Assembly: GCA_905212085.1 (NCBI GenBank)
Contig: CAJMDF010000001.1
Location: 16,912 to 80,911 of the forward strand
Direction: 5' to 3'
DNA: 64,000 nt
Origin: an uncultured Clostridium sp.
GTDB lineage: Bacteria; Cyanobacteriota; Vampirovibrionia; Gastranaerophilales; Gastranaerophilaceae
The notes under the pieces were generated by a model. That model had not been told where the DNA came from. It saw only the letters and a program-made list of their open reading frames with translations, and did no database searches. This document shows positions 30,106-38,217 of the stretch, piece after piece. Each line of letters starts with the position of its first letter. The first letter of the stretch is position 1. Both the position numbers and the translations under genes were made by a program.

Positions 30106-30477
30106 ATGGTAGATAAAAAAATAGTAAAAGATGTTGCAAATATAATTGAAGGATTAGGACTTAATCAAAATCCTGAAACAATTTCTATTCTAGAAGATGT
30201 TGGTACAAATTCTAAAATAGATGCAATTAGAGAAATGACTGCTCGTGCATTAGTAAAGAAGAATATGCATGATTCTTTGAAAGTAGTTATTACTAACAAA
30301 GGAAAAGGTATAAATGATATGTCAACAGTTGTTGCAATGAGCACAATTAATGAACTCTTATCATTAAATGACAAGTCAGAAGCTATGAAAATATTAGAAG
30401 ATACAGTAAATGATCATTCTGATGAGGAAGTAAGAGACAACGCGCGTTCAGTGAAAGCTTTAATGGCACTTTCATAA
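30106..30477 (+). CDS. Hypothetical protein (123 aa)
   Basis: Strong RBS GGAGGAGAG. Confidence 0.45.
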   Translation: MVDKKIVKDVANIIEGLGLNQNPETISILEDVGTNSKIDAIREMTARALVKKNMHDSLKVVITNKGKGINDMSTVVAMSTINELLSLNDKSEAMKILEDTVNDHSDEEVRDNARSVKALMALS

Positions 30478-30524
30478 AATAGCGCGGCAAACAAAATATA
30501 TTAAATTTGCCAGATTTCATATAT

Positions 30525-30557
30525 AAAAAAATCGCCTGATTATAAGGCGATTTTTTA
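30525..30557 (+). terminator. Intrinsic terminator (atcgcc...ggcgat plus T6)
   Basis: A-run, 6-bp GC-containing stem, T-run. Confidence 0.6.
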
Positions 30558-30586
30558 TTGAAATATTAATAAAAAATTGATATAAT
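30558..30586 (+). promoter_or_regulatory. Consensus sigma-70-type promoter TTGAAA-17-TATAAT for prepilin-type locus 1
   Basis: TTGAAA at 30558-63, TATAAT at 30581-86, 17-nt spacer. Directly upstream of the leader ORF. Confidence 0.5.
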
Positions 30587-30618
30587 CATCAATGTGATAA
30601 AAATGAAAGGAGCTAGGA

Positions 30619-30720
30619 ATGAAAAGATTTGAAGTCGAGCAGGTACAAAAGTCATACAAATTTGCAGATAATTGTGTAAAAGTGTCTACCTGCCAAGCAG
30701 TCGGGGGGGGGGCAGTTTAA
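30619..30720 (+). CDS. Upstream leader ORF (33 codons, MKRFEVEQVQKSYKFADNCVKVSTCQAVGGGAV). It ends 2 codons after the G tract. One extra G would fuse it to the pilin-like body
   Basis: ATG with RBS AAAGGAGC. Homologous leader at 52640. Frame relationship read directly from the sequence. Confidence 0.45.
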   Translation: MKRFEVEQVQKSYKFADNCVKVSTCQAVGGGAV

Positions 30721-31511
30721 AGCTTGTTACAAAAGCCTTTCATGGGTTATGTAAAAATTTACTATCGGATCAATCAGTACGATTTGGATTTACTTTAGCG
30801 GAAGTATTAATAACTATAGGCATAATAGGTATAGTTGCTGCAATGACTTTACCTTCTCTTATTTCAAATTATAGAAAAAAGCAATATGTCTCTCAATTAA
30901 AGGTTGCTTATTCTTTATTATATAGTATGTCTAGAGACATAATGTCAGAGTCAGATACAACCAGTTGGAAAGATACTTTATTAATATCTGAATTAAAAGA
31001 AAATTTAGGTGATATTGGAAATAGTAATTGGTCATCTCAAGTAAAAAAGCCTGAATATAAAGATATTGTGTATAAGTATCTAAATAAATCTATGAAAATA
31101 GTTCAAGTATCCACATGCAATGGTGATGAGTGTGATTATTCTTATTTGAATGTCCCATCTCAAAAAGGTTCTCATTCCGGTTTGTATTTATTTAAGTTAG
31201 CAAATGGTATTGTTATGGAATTTAGATTTTTTACAGAGGAAAATAGCTCAAATATGGGGTATGTTAATGTTGATGTAAATGGATTTAAAAGACCAAATCA
31301 ATTGGGGCGAGATATATTTCAATTTTATTTTTGGGATGATGGTTCTGTAGTTCCTTGTGGGGCTCAAGCCTTAGCAGTAAAATCGACTCAAAAACAAGAC
31401 TATTGGAGGGAAGATAATTCTTATGCTTGGTCTAATTGCTCTGTGTCAAAGACTTCTTATGGACAAGGCTGTACAGGTAGAGTTTTAGAAGAAGATGCTA
31501 TGTTATATTAA
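30672..31511 (+). CDS. Prepilin-type (type IV pilin/pseudopilin-like) Cys-rich exported protein, locus 1. The called ORF begins at a TTG with no SD
   Basis: G|FTLAEVLITIGIIGIVAAMTLPSL prepilin N-terminal methylation-type motif. C-terminal Cys pairs. Paralog of 52693..53547. Confidence 0.6.
   Translation: MCKSVYLPSSRGGGSLKLVTKAFHGLCKNLLSDQSVRFGFTLAEVLITIGIIGIVAAMTLPSLISNYRKKQYVSQLKVAYSLLYSMSRDIMSESDTTSWKDTLLISELKENLGDIGNSNWSSQVKKPEYKDIVYKYLNKSMKIVQVSTCNGDECDYSYLNVPSQKGSHSGLYLFKLANGIVMEFRFFTEENSSNMGYVNVDVNGFKRPNQLGRDIFQFYFWDDGSVVPCGAQALAVKSTQKQDYWREDNSYAWSNCSVSKTSYGQGCTGRVLEEDAMLY
30703..30712 (+). repeat. Homopolymeric G10 tract (candidate slipped-strand phase-variation switch)
   Basis: Ten consecutive G (count implied by the ORF-track translation RGGGS) in an approximately 30% GC genome. 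Same tract and context in the paralog at 52724. Confidence 0.7.
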
Positions 31512-31553
31512 TAAGATATTCTATATTTTATAATTTTTATCTAATAATATTCT

Positions 31554-31583
31554 AAAAAAGGCTCCTTTTTAGGAGCCTTTTTT
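31554..31583. terminator. Bidirectional intrinsic terminator (aaaaaggctcc...ggagcctttttt)
   Basis: A-run, hairpin, T-run. Between convergent genes. Confidence 0.7.
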
Positions 31584-31586
31584 AGT

Positions 31587-32837
31587 TTAATTAAAAGTAA
31601 ATCCGTCAGCTTTAAATCTGTCTATTACCTCTTGCAATTGTTCATCTGAACATACAAATGATAATCTAAAGAAGCCTTCACCGTGATTTCCAAATGCGTT
31701 ACCGGGAACTAGTACTACACCTGATGTTTTTAAGACATCTTCGCAGAATTTGAATGCGGAATCATATCTTTTTGGAATCGGTAGCCATAGATAGAATGTT
31801 GTGTGAGGGACTGTTTTTTCATCAATTGGCCAGCCAAGTTCTTTGAAGCCTTTTACCATAATTGCTTGTTTTTTTGCATAGCCTTTATTTCTTTCTTCTA
31901 TGTATTTATCGCCTTCTTCTGAATTAAGAATTTCCGCGCAAGCTTTTTGTAATGCCTTGAAAATCCCGTTGTCAATAGTTGATTTGCCTTTGCCAAAACG
32001 TTGTACAACTTCTTTATTCCCGCAGACCCAGCCTAATCTCCAGCCTGTGATTGCATAAGGTTTTGAAAAACTGTAAAATTCAATACCGATATCTTTTGCA
32101 CCATCTAATTCAAATATACTGAATGGTTTTTCTTCTTCTGTGAAATACATATCGCAATATGCTGCATCTGATACAAGCAGAATGTCATATTTTTTACAAA
32201 AATTGATAACTGATTGTACATATTCTCTTGAGGTAGAAGTTCCAAGCGGGTTATTAGGGTAGTTTATAAACAGTGCTTTAATATTTTCTGGTTTGTAGCC
32301 ATCTTTAATTATTTGGTGATAAATTTTTTCAACATCAGGTTTGTAATTATTTTCTTGAGTTAGAGGCATTGGGTATGCTTTAGCTCCGGAACATTGAATA
32401 AATTGTAAATAGGAAGCGTAGCAAGGATCAGGTACCATAATGACATCTTTTTCAAATTCTTCATGTTTTGGAGTTGTAATAAATCTTACTAAGTTTGCGA
32501 TACCTTCTTTTGAACCTACAAGTGAGAATATTTCTGTTTCAGGGTCAAGATCCACCCCAAAACGATTTTTCATTCTTTGAGCTATTGCTTTTCTAAGGTA
32601 TGGTTCTCCTTTGGGTGTTGAATACATATGAATACCGTCTTCATCAAGAATTTCTTTTAATCTGTTTAAAAGTGCTGCAGGAGGGTTTGCAGTAGGTGCT
32701 CCCATTGATAATGATATTGGAGCTCTGTTTTTTGCAATAAGTTCGTCTTTTAGTTTAGCTGTTTGTTCCTTTAATCTAAACATAATATATGTCTCAAGTG
32801 ACATTACTTCTTTGTTGAATAATCTTTCTATATTCAT
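31587..32837 (-). CDS. Class I aminotransferase, LL-diaminopimelate aminotransferase (DapL)-like
   Basis: 416 aa. SFSKPYAITGWRLGW PLP-lysine region. The DapL assignment is an inference from overall pattern. Confidence 0.5.
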   Translation of the reverse strand: MNIERLFNKEVMSLETYIMFRLKEQTAKLKDELIAKNRAPISLSMGAPTANPPAALLNRLKEILDEDGIHMYSTPKGEPYLRKAIAQRMKNRFGVDLDPETEIFSLVGSKEGIANLVRFITTPKHEEFEKDVIMVPDPCYASYLQFIQCSGAKAYPMPLTQENNYKPDVEKIYHQIIKDGYKPENIKALFINYPNNPLGTSTSREYVQSVINFCKKYDILLVSDAAYCDMYFTEEEKPFSIFELDGAKDIGIEFYSFSKPYAITGWRLGWVCGNKEVVQRFGKGKSTIDNGIFKALQKACAEILNSEEGDKYIEERNKGYAKKQAIMVKGFKELGWPIDEKTVPHTTFYLWLPIPKRYDSAFKFCEDVLKTSGVVLVPGNAFGNHGEGFFRLSFVCSDEQLQEVIDRFKADGFTFN

Positions 32838-32848
32838 ATTTCCCTTCC

Positions 32849-33574
32849 TTAACTTTCTGTGATCATTTGCATAGGGCCTTCTAATGATGCTGTAACGAAT
32901 TGTTTTGTGTATTCGTTGTCTTGTCGCATCATTTCTTCCGGGGTTCCTTCAAAAACAATTTTCCCTTGGTAAAGCATAATTAATTTATCTGCGGTTCTGT
33001 TAATTGTAGACATCTGGTGAGTAACAACAACGGAAGCTGCATTTGTTTCATCTTTCAAGCGAACAATATAATCTTCAATCAGAGTTGATGAAATCGGATC
33101 TAATCCTGCAGTCGGTTCATCATAAAGTATTGAATTAGGTTCTGTCACAATCGCACGAGCAAAGCTTACCCTTTTTTGCATACCGCCTGACAATTCTGAC
33201 GGGAATTTGTTTTCAATACCTTTTAGTCCTACTAGTTCTAATTTTTCTGCTACAATATTTCTTATTTCTTTTTCGGTGTATTTTTTTCTTAAATCTTTTC
33301 TTTCATGTAGTGCAAATGCAATATTATCAGCTACATTTAGAGAGTCAAACAGGGCTGAGTATTGAAAAACCATTGCGATGTCACCTTTTGAAGTGATTAT
33401 TTCTCCGCTGTCGGGGGTTAAAAGTCCGCATATAAGTTTAAGAATTGTACTTTTCCCTGACCCTGAAAATCCTACAATTGCAAGAGTCTCTCCGTTTTCT
33501 ACTTTAAAAGATACGTTATCAATTACTCTTTTATCATCAAATGTTTTTATTAAATTTTTTACTTCTATACTCAT
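32849..33574 (-). CDS. ABC transporter ATP-binding protein (MlaF-like)
   Basis: Walker A GFSGSGKST, signature LSGGMQKR, Walker B ILYDEP. Confidence 0.8.
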   Translation of the reverse strand: MSIEVKNLIKTFDDKRVIDNVSFKVENGETLAIVGFSGSGKSTILKLICGLLTPDSGEIITSKGDIAMVFQYSALFDSLNVADNIAFALHERKDLRKKYTEKEIRNIVAEKLELVGLKGIENKFPSELSGGMQKRVSFARAIVTEPNSILYDEPTAGLDPISSTLIEDYIVRLKDETNAASVVVTHQMSTINRTADKLIMLYQGKIVFEGTPEEMMRQDNEYTKQFVTASLEGPMQMITES

Positions 33575-33595
33575 TATGTTAAAATTTTACCTCTA

Positions 33596-34420
33596 TTAAA
33601 AGAAAAATGCTATAGCAAATATCATATCCCATATTACAATTGCAACAAAAGACCATACAACAGATTTTGTTGTAGCTTCCCCGACTCCTTTTGCTCCACC
33701 TTTTGCGTAATATCCGCAAGAGCAGCTGATTAAAGATATTGTTCCTCCGAAAAATAAAGCTTTTAAAAGGCACACACCTAAATCTTTCATGTAAATACCA
33801 AGCCAAGCAGAGTCAAAAAATGCTCGATAGCCGAGTCCTGCTGTTAATTTTGCTGTGACAGCCCCAGCCAGAACTCCGACAGTTGATGCAATTACAACAA
33901 TTGGGGGCATCATAATTAATCCTGCTAAAATTCTTGGTACAAATAAATAATTAATCGGATTAACTTTTAAAACTTCAATTGCATCTATTTGTTCAGTTAC
34001 TCTCATTGTTGCAATTTCAGAAGCTAATGATGAGCCAATCATTGAAATTATTGCAAAGCCTGACATAATTACTCCTACTTCTCTTACTATAAGAATAGTC
34101 ATTAAAAGCCCGACAAAATTGCTTCCGCCTTGTTTTACCATTTCTAATGCAACTTGTGATGCAACGATTACAGAGGTCATTCCGACAATAGATAAAGTGA
34201 TAGGTAATGATGTTACACCAAACCTATGGCATTGTTCAATTAGTTCTTTTTTATCAATTTGTCCTTTGAGTAAGCATTTTATTACATCAATTCCGTTAAG
34301 TGTTATTTTGCCGAGAGTGTCAAGAAATTCTTCAAATTCTTTGAACATTCCGGTAAATATCTTATATGTAGCTGATTGTTTGTAATATTTTTGTAGACTG
34401 CCCATTCCTGAATTATACAA
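33596..34420 (-). CDS. ABC transporter permease, MlaE family
   Basis: 274 aa polytopic. Conserved position with the MlaF-like ATPase. Confidence 0.7.
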   Translation of the reverse strand: MYNSGMGSLQKYYKQSATYKIFTGMFKEFEEFLDTLGKITLNGIDVIKCLLKGQIDKKELIEQCHRFGVTSLPITLSIVGMTSVIVASQVALEMVKQGGSNFVGLLMTILIVREVGVIMSGFAIISMIGSSLASEIATMRVTEQIDAIEVLKVNPINYLFVPRILAGLIMMPPIVVIASTVGVLAGAVTAKLTAGLGYRAFFDSAWLGIYMKDLGVCLLKALFFGGTISLISCSCGYYAKGGAKGVGEATTKSVVWSFVAIVIWDMIFAIAFFF

Positions 34421-34508
34421 AAAATTTTTGATTAATGCAATTTATGTTGAAATATTATGAGTATTTTATATGTTTGATAAACAGTGTAATTTGTGATATT
34501 CTTCAAAT

Positions 34509-35033
34509 ATGATTGAACTCTTAATTTTATATGTTTTGTTGAAAAGAGATTTGACGATGTATGCTATTCAAAAGCGTATTGAAGATAATTTCGCTCCATT
34601 TACAAAACCAAGTTTTGGTGCTTTGAAACCTGCTTTAAGACGTCTGGAAGATAAGCAATGTTTGACTTCAAGAAAAAGTATGTCTGAAGGTGGAAAATTA
34701 TCTGTGTATTATGAAATTTCAAAAAATGGTATTGCAGAATTAAAACGTTTGGTACTTGAAGACTTGAGTGATAATCCATTGCAATTTCTATCAAATGCAA
34801 GAGTAAAACTTTCTTGTGCTGATTGTTTGGATTCCGCTGAAAGAAAAAGATTGTTTTTCTCAATCAAATCTCGTGCGATGCAATTTAAACTTGCAGCTCA
34901 AAATATTTTAAATGATGAGTATAGTCATATAAATTTTTATCAAAAAATTGTGTTAGATAATGCCCTTTGTGAATTTTCGAATTTTATAGTTATAATTGAA
35001 GGACTGGAGAAAGATAATGCCAGCAATTGTTAA
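34509..35033 (+). CDS. PadR-like winged-helix transcriptional regulator (tentative)
   Basis: N-terminal LILYVLLKRDLTMYAIQKRIED...LKPALRRLEDKQCL resembles the PadR wHTH. Confidence 0.4.
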   Translation: MIELLILYVLLKRDLTMYAIQKRIEDNFAPFTKPSFGALKPALRRLEDKQCLTSRKSMSEGGKLSVYYEISKNGIAELKRLVLEDLSDNPLQFLSNARVKLSCADCLDSAERKRLFFSIKSRAMQFKLAAQNILNDEYSHINFYQKIVLDNALCEFSNFIVIIEGLEKDNASNC

Positions 35034-36285
35034 TGGAGTAGTCGAAGGATCTATAGCTGAAGAATTAGGTATTGAAAAAGGTGATGAAATTTTGTCAATC
35101 GATAATTCTAAAATGATTGATATGATTGATTATAATTTTTTGTGTAAATCTGATTTTTTGACATTAGAAATTAAAAAGATAAATGGCGAGATTGAAGAAA
35201 TTGAGCTTGAAAAAGACTTTGATGAAGAATTAGGGATTATTTTTGAAAGTGCTGTATTTGACAGAGTAAAACCTTGTCTTAATCATTGTATTTTTTGCTT
35301 TGTTGATCAACAGCCAAAAGGATTGAGAGAAACTCTTTATGTAAAAGATGATGATTACAGATTATCTTATTTGCAAGGAACTTATATTACTTTAACAAAT
35401 TTATCTGAAGATGATAAAGAGCGCATTAAAAGAATGCATTTAGGCCCTTTTTATGTTTCTGTTCATACTACGAATCCTGAATTAAGAGTAAAAATGCTTA
35501 AAAATCCTAATGCTGGTAAGGCTTTAGAAAATTTAAAATGGTTTAGAAAAAATAAAATTCCGTTTCATGCTCAAATTGTTTTGTGCCCAGGATATAATGA
35601 TGGCACTGAATTAGAAAGAACTCTTTCTGATTTGTCAGAACTTAAAAATACTGTGTTGTCCGTTGCAATTGTTCCAGTTGGGATTACTCAGTTCCGAAAA
35701 GAAGGGTTAAGGCAGGTTGATAAAAAATGTGCAGAAGAAACTATAAAAATTGCTTCAAAATATAAACGTGTATGCTGCTCTGATGAATTTTTCTTACTAG
35801 CAGGACAGGATATTCCTCCAACTAAGTATTATGGGAATTTTAATCAATTGGAAGATGGTGTTGGATCTATCAGAATCTTACTTGATGATTTTAAATCAAG
35901 AAAATTGCCTAAAAAGATTAAAACTCCATTGAAATTGTCGTTTGCGACTAGTTATGCTGCCAAGTATGCAATAGATAAAATCGCAGAAAAATTAAATAAA
36001 ATAAAAAATTTATCTGTAATGGTAAACCCTGTAAAGTCTGATTATTGGGGACAAGATATTACTGTTGCAGGATTAATTACAACAGATGATTTGATTAAAA
36101 CCGTTAAAAATATTGATGCAGATATTGTGATAATTCCATCTGTTATGCTAAGACCTTATTCTGAGGATTTCCTTGATGGTAAGAATTTGGCTTACGTCAA
36201 AGAAAAAACAGGAAAAGAATTTTTTGTTGTAAAAAATATTTATTCAATGGGTGAAATTGTTGATTATTTAAAAAGGATACAGTAG
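35017..36285 (+). CDS. PDZ domain plus DUF512 (radical-SAM-associated) protein
   Basis: N-terminal PDZ-like GSIAEELGIEKGDEILSIDN. CLNHCIFCFVDQ cysteine motif. Start at the internal ATG with GGAG. Confidence 0.55.
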   Translation: MPAIVNGVVEGSIAEELGIEKGDEILSIDNSKMIDMIDYNFLCKSDFLTLEIKKINGEIEEIELEKDFDEELGIIFESAVFDRVKPCLNHCIFCFVDQQPKGLRETLYVKDDDYRLSYLQGTYITLTNLSEDDKERIKRMHLGPFYVSVHTTNPELRVKMLKNPNAGKALENLKWFRKNKIPFHAQIVLCPGYNDGTELERTLSDLSELKNTVLSVAIVPVGITQFRKEGLRQVDKKCAEETIKIASKYKRVCCSDEFFLLAGQDIPPTKYYGNFNQLEDGVGSIRILLDDFKSRKLPKKIKTPLKLSFATSYAAKYAIDKIAEKLNKIKNLSVMVNPVKSDYWGQDITVAGLITTDDLIKTVKNIDADIVIIPSVMLRPYSEDFLDGKNLAYVKEKTGKEFFVVKNIYSMGEIVDYLKRIQ

Positions 36286-36288
36286 ATA

Positions 36289-36319
36289 AAAAAAAGCTCC
36301 TTTTTAAAGGAGCTTTTTT
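36289..36319. terminator. Bidirectional intrinsic terminator (aaaaaagctcc...ggagctttttt)
   Basis: Hairpin flanked by an A-run and a T-run, between convergent genes. Confidence 0.7.
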
Positions 36320-36323
36320 ATGA

Positions 36324-37688
36324 TTAAAATCTTTCTAAATATCTTTCGATTTCCCATTGAGAAACATATGTTCTGAAAGAATCCCATTCTTTTTTCTTAG
36401 CAGACATAAATTCATTAAATATGTGATCGCCTAGTGCTGCTCTTGATACAAGTGATTTGTCAAAATAATCAAGAGCTTCAGCAAGACTGCCGGGAAGTGA
36501 ATCAATTCTTTGTTTTTTACGTTCTTTTGTTGTTAATTTATAAATATTGCTTTCTACTGGAGCTGGCGGGTCAATTTTGTTTCTTACCCCGTCAAGACAA
36601 GCTTCAAGAATTGCTGCAAATGCTAAATATGGGTTGCAAGATGGATCTGGGGATCTTAATTCTACTCTCGTAGAGCTGCCGCGTTTTGCAGGAACTCTTA
36701 ATAATGCACTTCTGTTAGCAAGTGACCAAGCTAAGTATACAGGTGCTTCATATCCTGGAACTAAACGTTTAAAGCTGTTTACTGTAGGGTTTAAAATCGC
36801 CGTAATACTTTTTACGTGTTTTAACATCCCGCCAATTGAATATTTTGCAATGTCTGATAATTGATAATCAGCTTTTTCATCATAAAATGCGTTTTTGCCG
36901 TTTTTAAATAATGATACGTTGCAATGCATTCCTGAACCGTTAATACCATAAATTGGTTTTGGCATAAATGTTGCATGTAAATTATGTTTTGCTGCAATTG
37001 CTCTTACAGCTACTTTGAATGTTGCAACGTTATCAGCTGCTGTCAAAATATCAGCATATCTAAAATCGATTTCATGCTGTCCGTCAGCTACTTCGTGGTG
37101 AGATGCTTCAATGTCAAACCCCATTTCTTGAAGTGTCAGCACAATATCTGATCTTACATCTTCTCCTAAATCTTCAGGTCCTACATCATAATATCCTGCT
37201 GTATCATTCGTTGAAGTTGTTACATTCCCGTCTTTATCTTTTGCAAATAAGAAAAATTCTGCTTCCGGTCCGATATTCATTGAAAAACCTAATTTTTCAG
37301 CTTCTTTCATTACTCTTTTTAAGTTACATCTAGGACAGCCTTCAAATGGTGTTCCATCTGCATTATAGATGTCACAAATTAATCTTGCTGAATTTACTCC
37401 ATCTGAACCTCTCCAAGGTAAAATTTGGAATGAGTTTTTGTCAGGGTGGAAGAACATATCAGATGTCTCAATACTTCTGAACCCCTTAATTGATGATCCG
37501 TCAAGCATTATTTCGTTATTCAAAGCTTTTTCGATATGCTGTGAAGGAATGGTCATATTTTTTACTTGTCCGTTTATGTCAACGAATTGTAATTTGATAA
37601 ATTTGATGTTGTAATCTTTGATGAATCCTTTGATATCATCTTCACTGAATTGTCTGTTGTCTAATCTTGTGTGCATAAATTCTTTCAT
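36324..37688 (-). CDS. glnA: Glutamine synthetase, type I
   Basis: 454 aa. GS beta-grasp N-terminus and catalytic-domain motifs (e.g. KPIYGINGSGMHCNVSL). Confidence 0.9.
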   Translation of the reverse strand: MKEFMHTRLDNRQFSEDDIKGFIKDYNIKFIKLQFVDINGQVKNMTIPSQHIEKALNNEIMLDGSSIKGFRSIETSDMFFHPDKNSFQILPWRGSDGVNSARLICDIYNADGTPFEGCPRCNLKRVMKEAEKLGFSMNIGPEAEFFLFAKDKDGNVTTSTNDTAGYYDVGPEDLGEDVRSDIVLTLQEMGFDIEASHHEVADGQHEIDFRYADILTAADNVATFKVAVRAIAAKHNLHATFMPKPIYGINGSGMHCNVSLFKNGKNAFYDEKADYQLSDIAKYSIGGMLKHVKSITAILNPTVNSFKRLVPGYEAPVYLAWSLANRSALLRVPAKRGSSTRVELRSPDPSCNPYLAFAAILEACLDGVRNKIDPPAPVESNIYKLTTKERKKQRIDSLPGSLAEALDYFDKSLVSRAALGDHIFNEFMSAKKKEWDSFRTYVSQWEIERYLERF

Positions 37689-38039
37689 GTAGACCTCTTT
37701 CCTTCTAAACTGTATTTTTATAAATTACTTTTTTATTAGAATACTTTTTTTTCAAAAGGTCAATACTTTCGACATTAAGATTAGATAAAGACAAAACAAG
37801 CGGATTTAATAAATATATGAATGTTTTTCTAAAAATAGTGTTAATTTTTAAAAAATCAGGGAATATATTAATTACAAAGGGAGGTACGGGAAAGTTTCAG
37901 TATAAAAATAAAGATTATTGAGCATATTTTTTAATGCTTAAATCTTTAAAATGCTTTGTAATATTGCTTTACAGAACTTTGTAAAGATATGTAAAGAAAT
38001 AAATAGGATATAGCAATTATATACTATAAAAATACTTTA

Positions 38040-38202
38040 TTAATATGTAAGTAATAAATACCAAATAAAACGATTAAATAAACACGAGATATAAATACAC
38101 ACACTAACTATTTACACTACCTACTACACACTAACCTTCTACACACACGAGGAATTACTAAAAAGAATTCCAAACTCTATCGAAAGATAGGGTTTTTTTT
38201 TG
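38040..38202 (+). ncRNA. Candidate small RNA: CA-rich transcript ending in a GNRA-loop hairpin plus U9 terminator
   Basis: Plus-strand hairpin cucuauc-GAAA-gauaggg followed by T9 at 38176-38202, with no plus-strand CDS upstream. The 5' end is not defined. Confidence 0.2.
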
Positions 38203-38217
38203 AGTAAAAGTTATGCT

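Noticed and set aside
29636-30139. 167-aa minus-strand ORF overlapping two plus-strand ORFs
   Set aside because: The plus-strand ORFs have good RBSs and form an operon. The minus-strand ORF has no RBS and is most likely a shadow ORF.
30672-30674. TTG at 30672 (and 52693) as the true start codons of the prepilin-type genes
   Set aside because: No Shine-Dalgarno sequence precedes either TTG. Each lies inside a strongly initiated upstream ORF. They are more likely ORF-caller artefacts than real starts, which is why the G-tract fusion hypothesis is preferred.
37689-37760. Glutamine riboswitch (glnA RNA motif) in the glnA leader
   Set aside because: I could not find the conserved motif elements on the glnA-sense strand. 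Only an ordinary RBS is evident.
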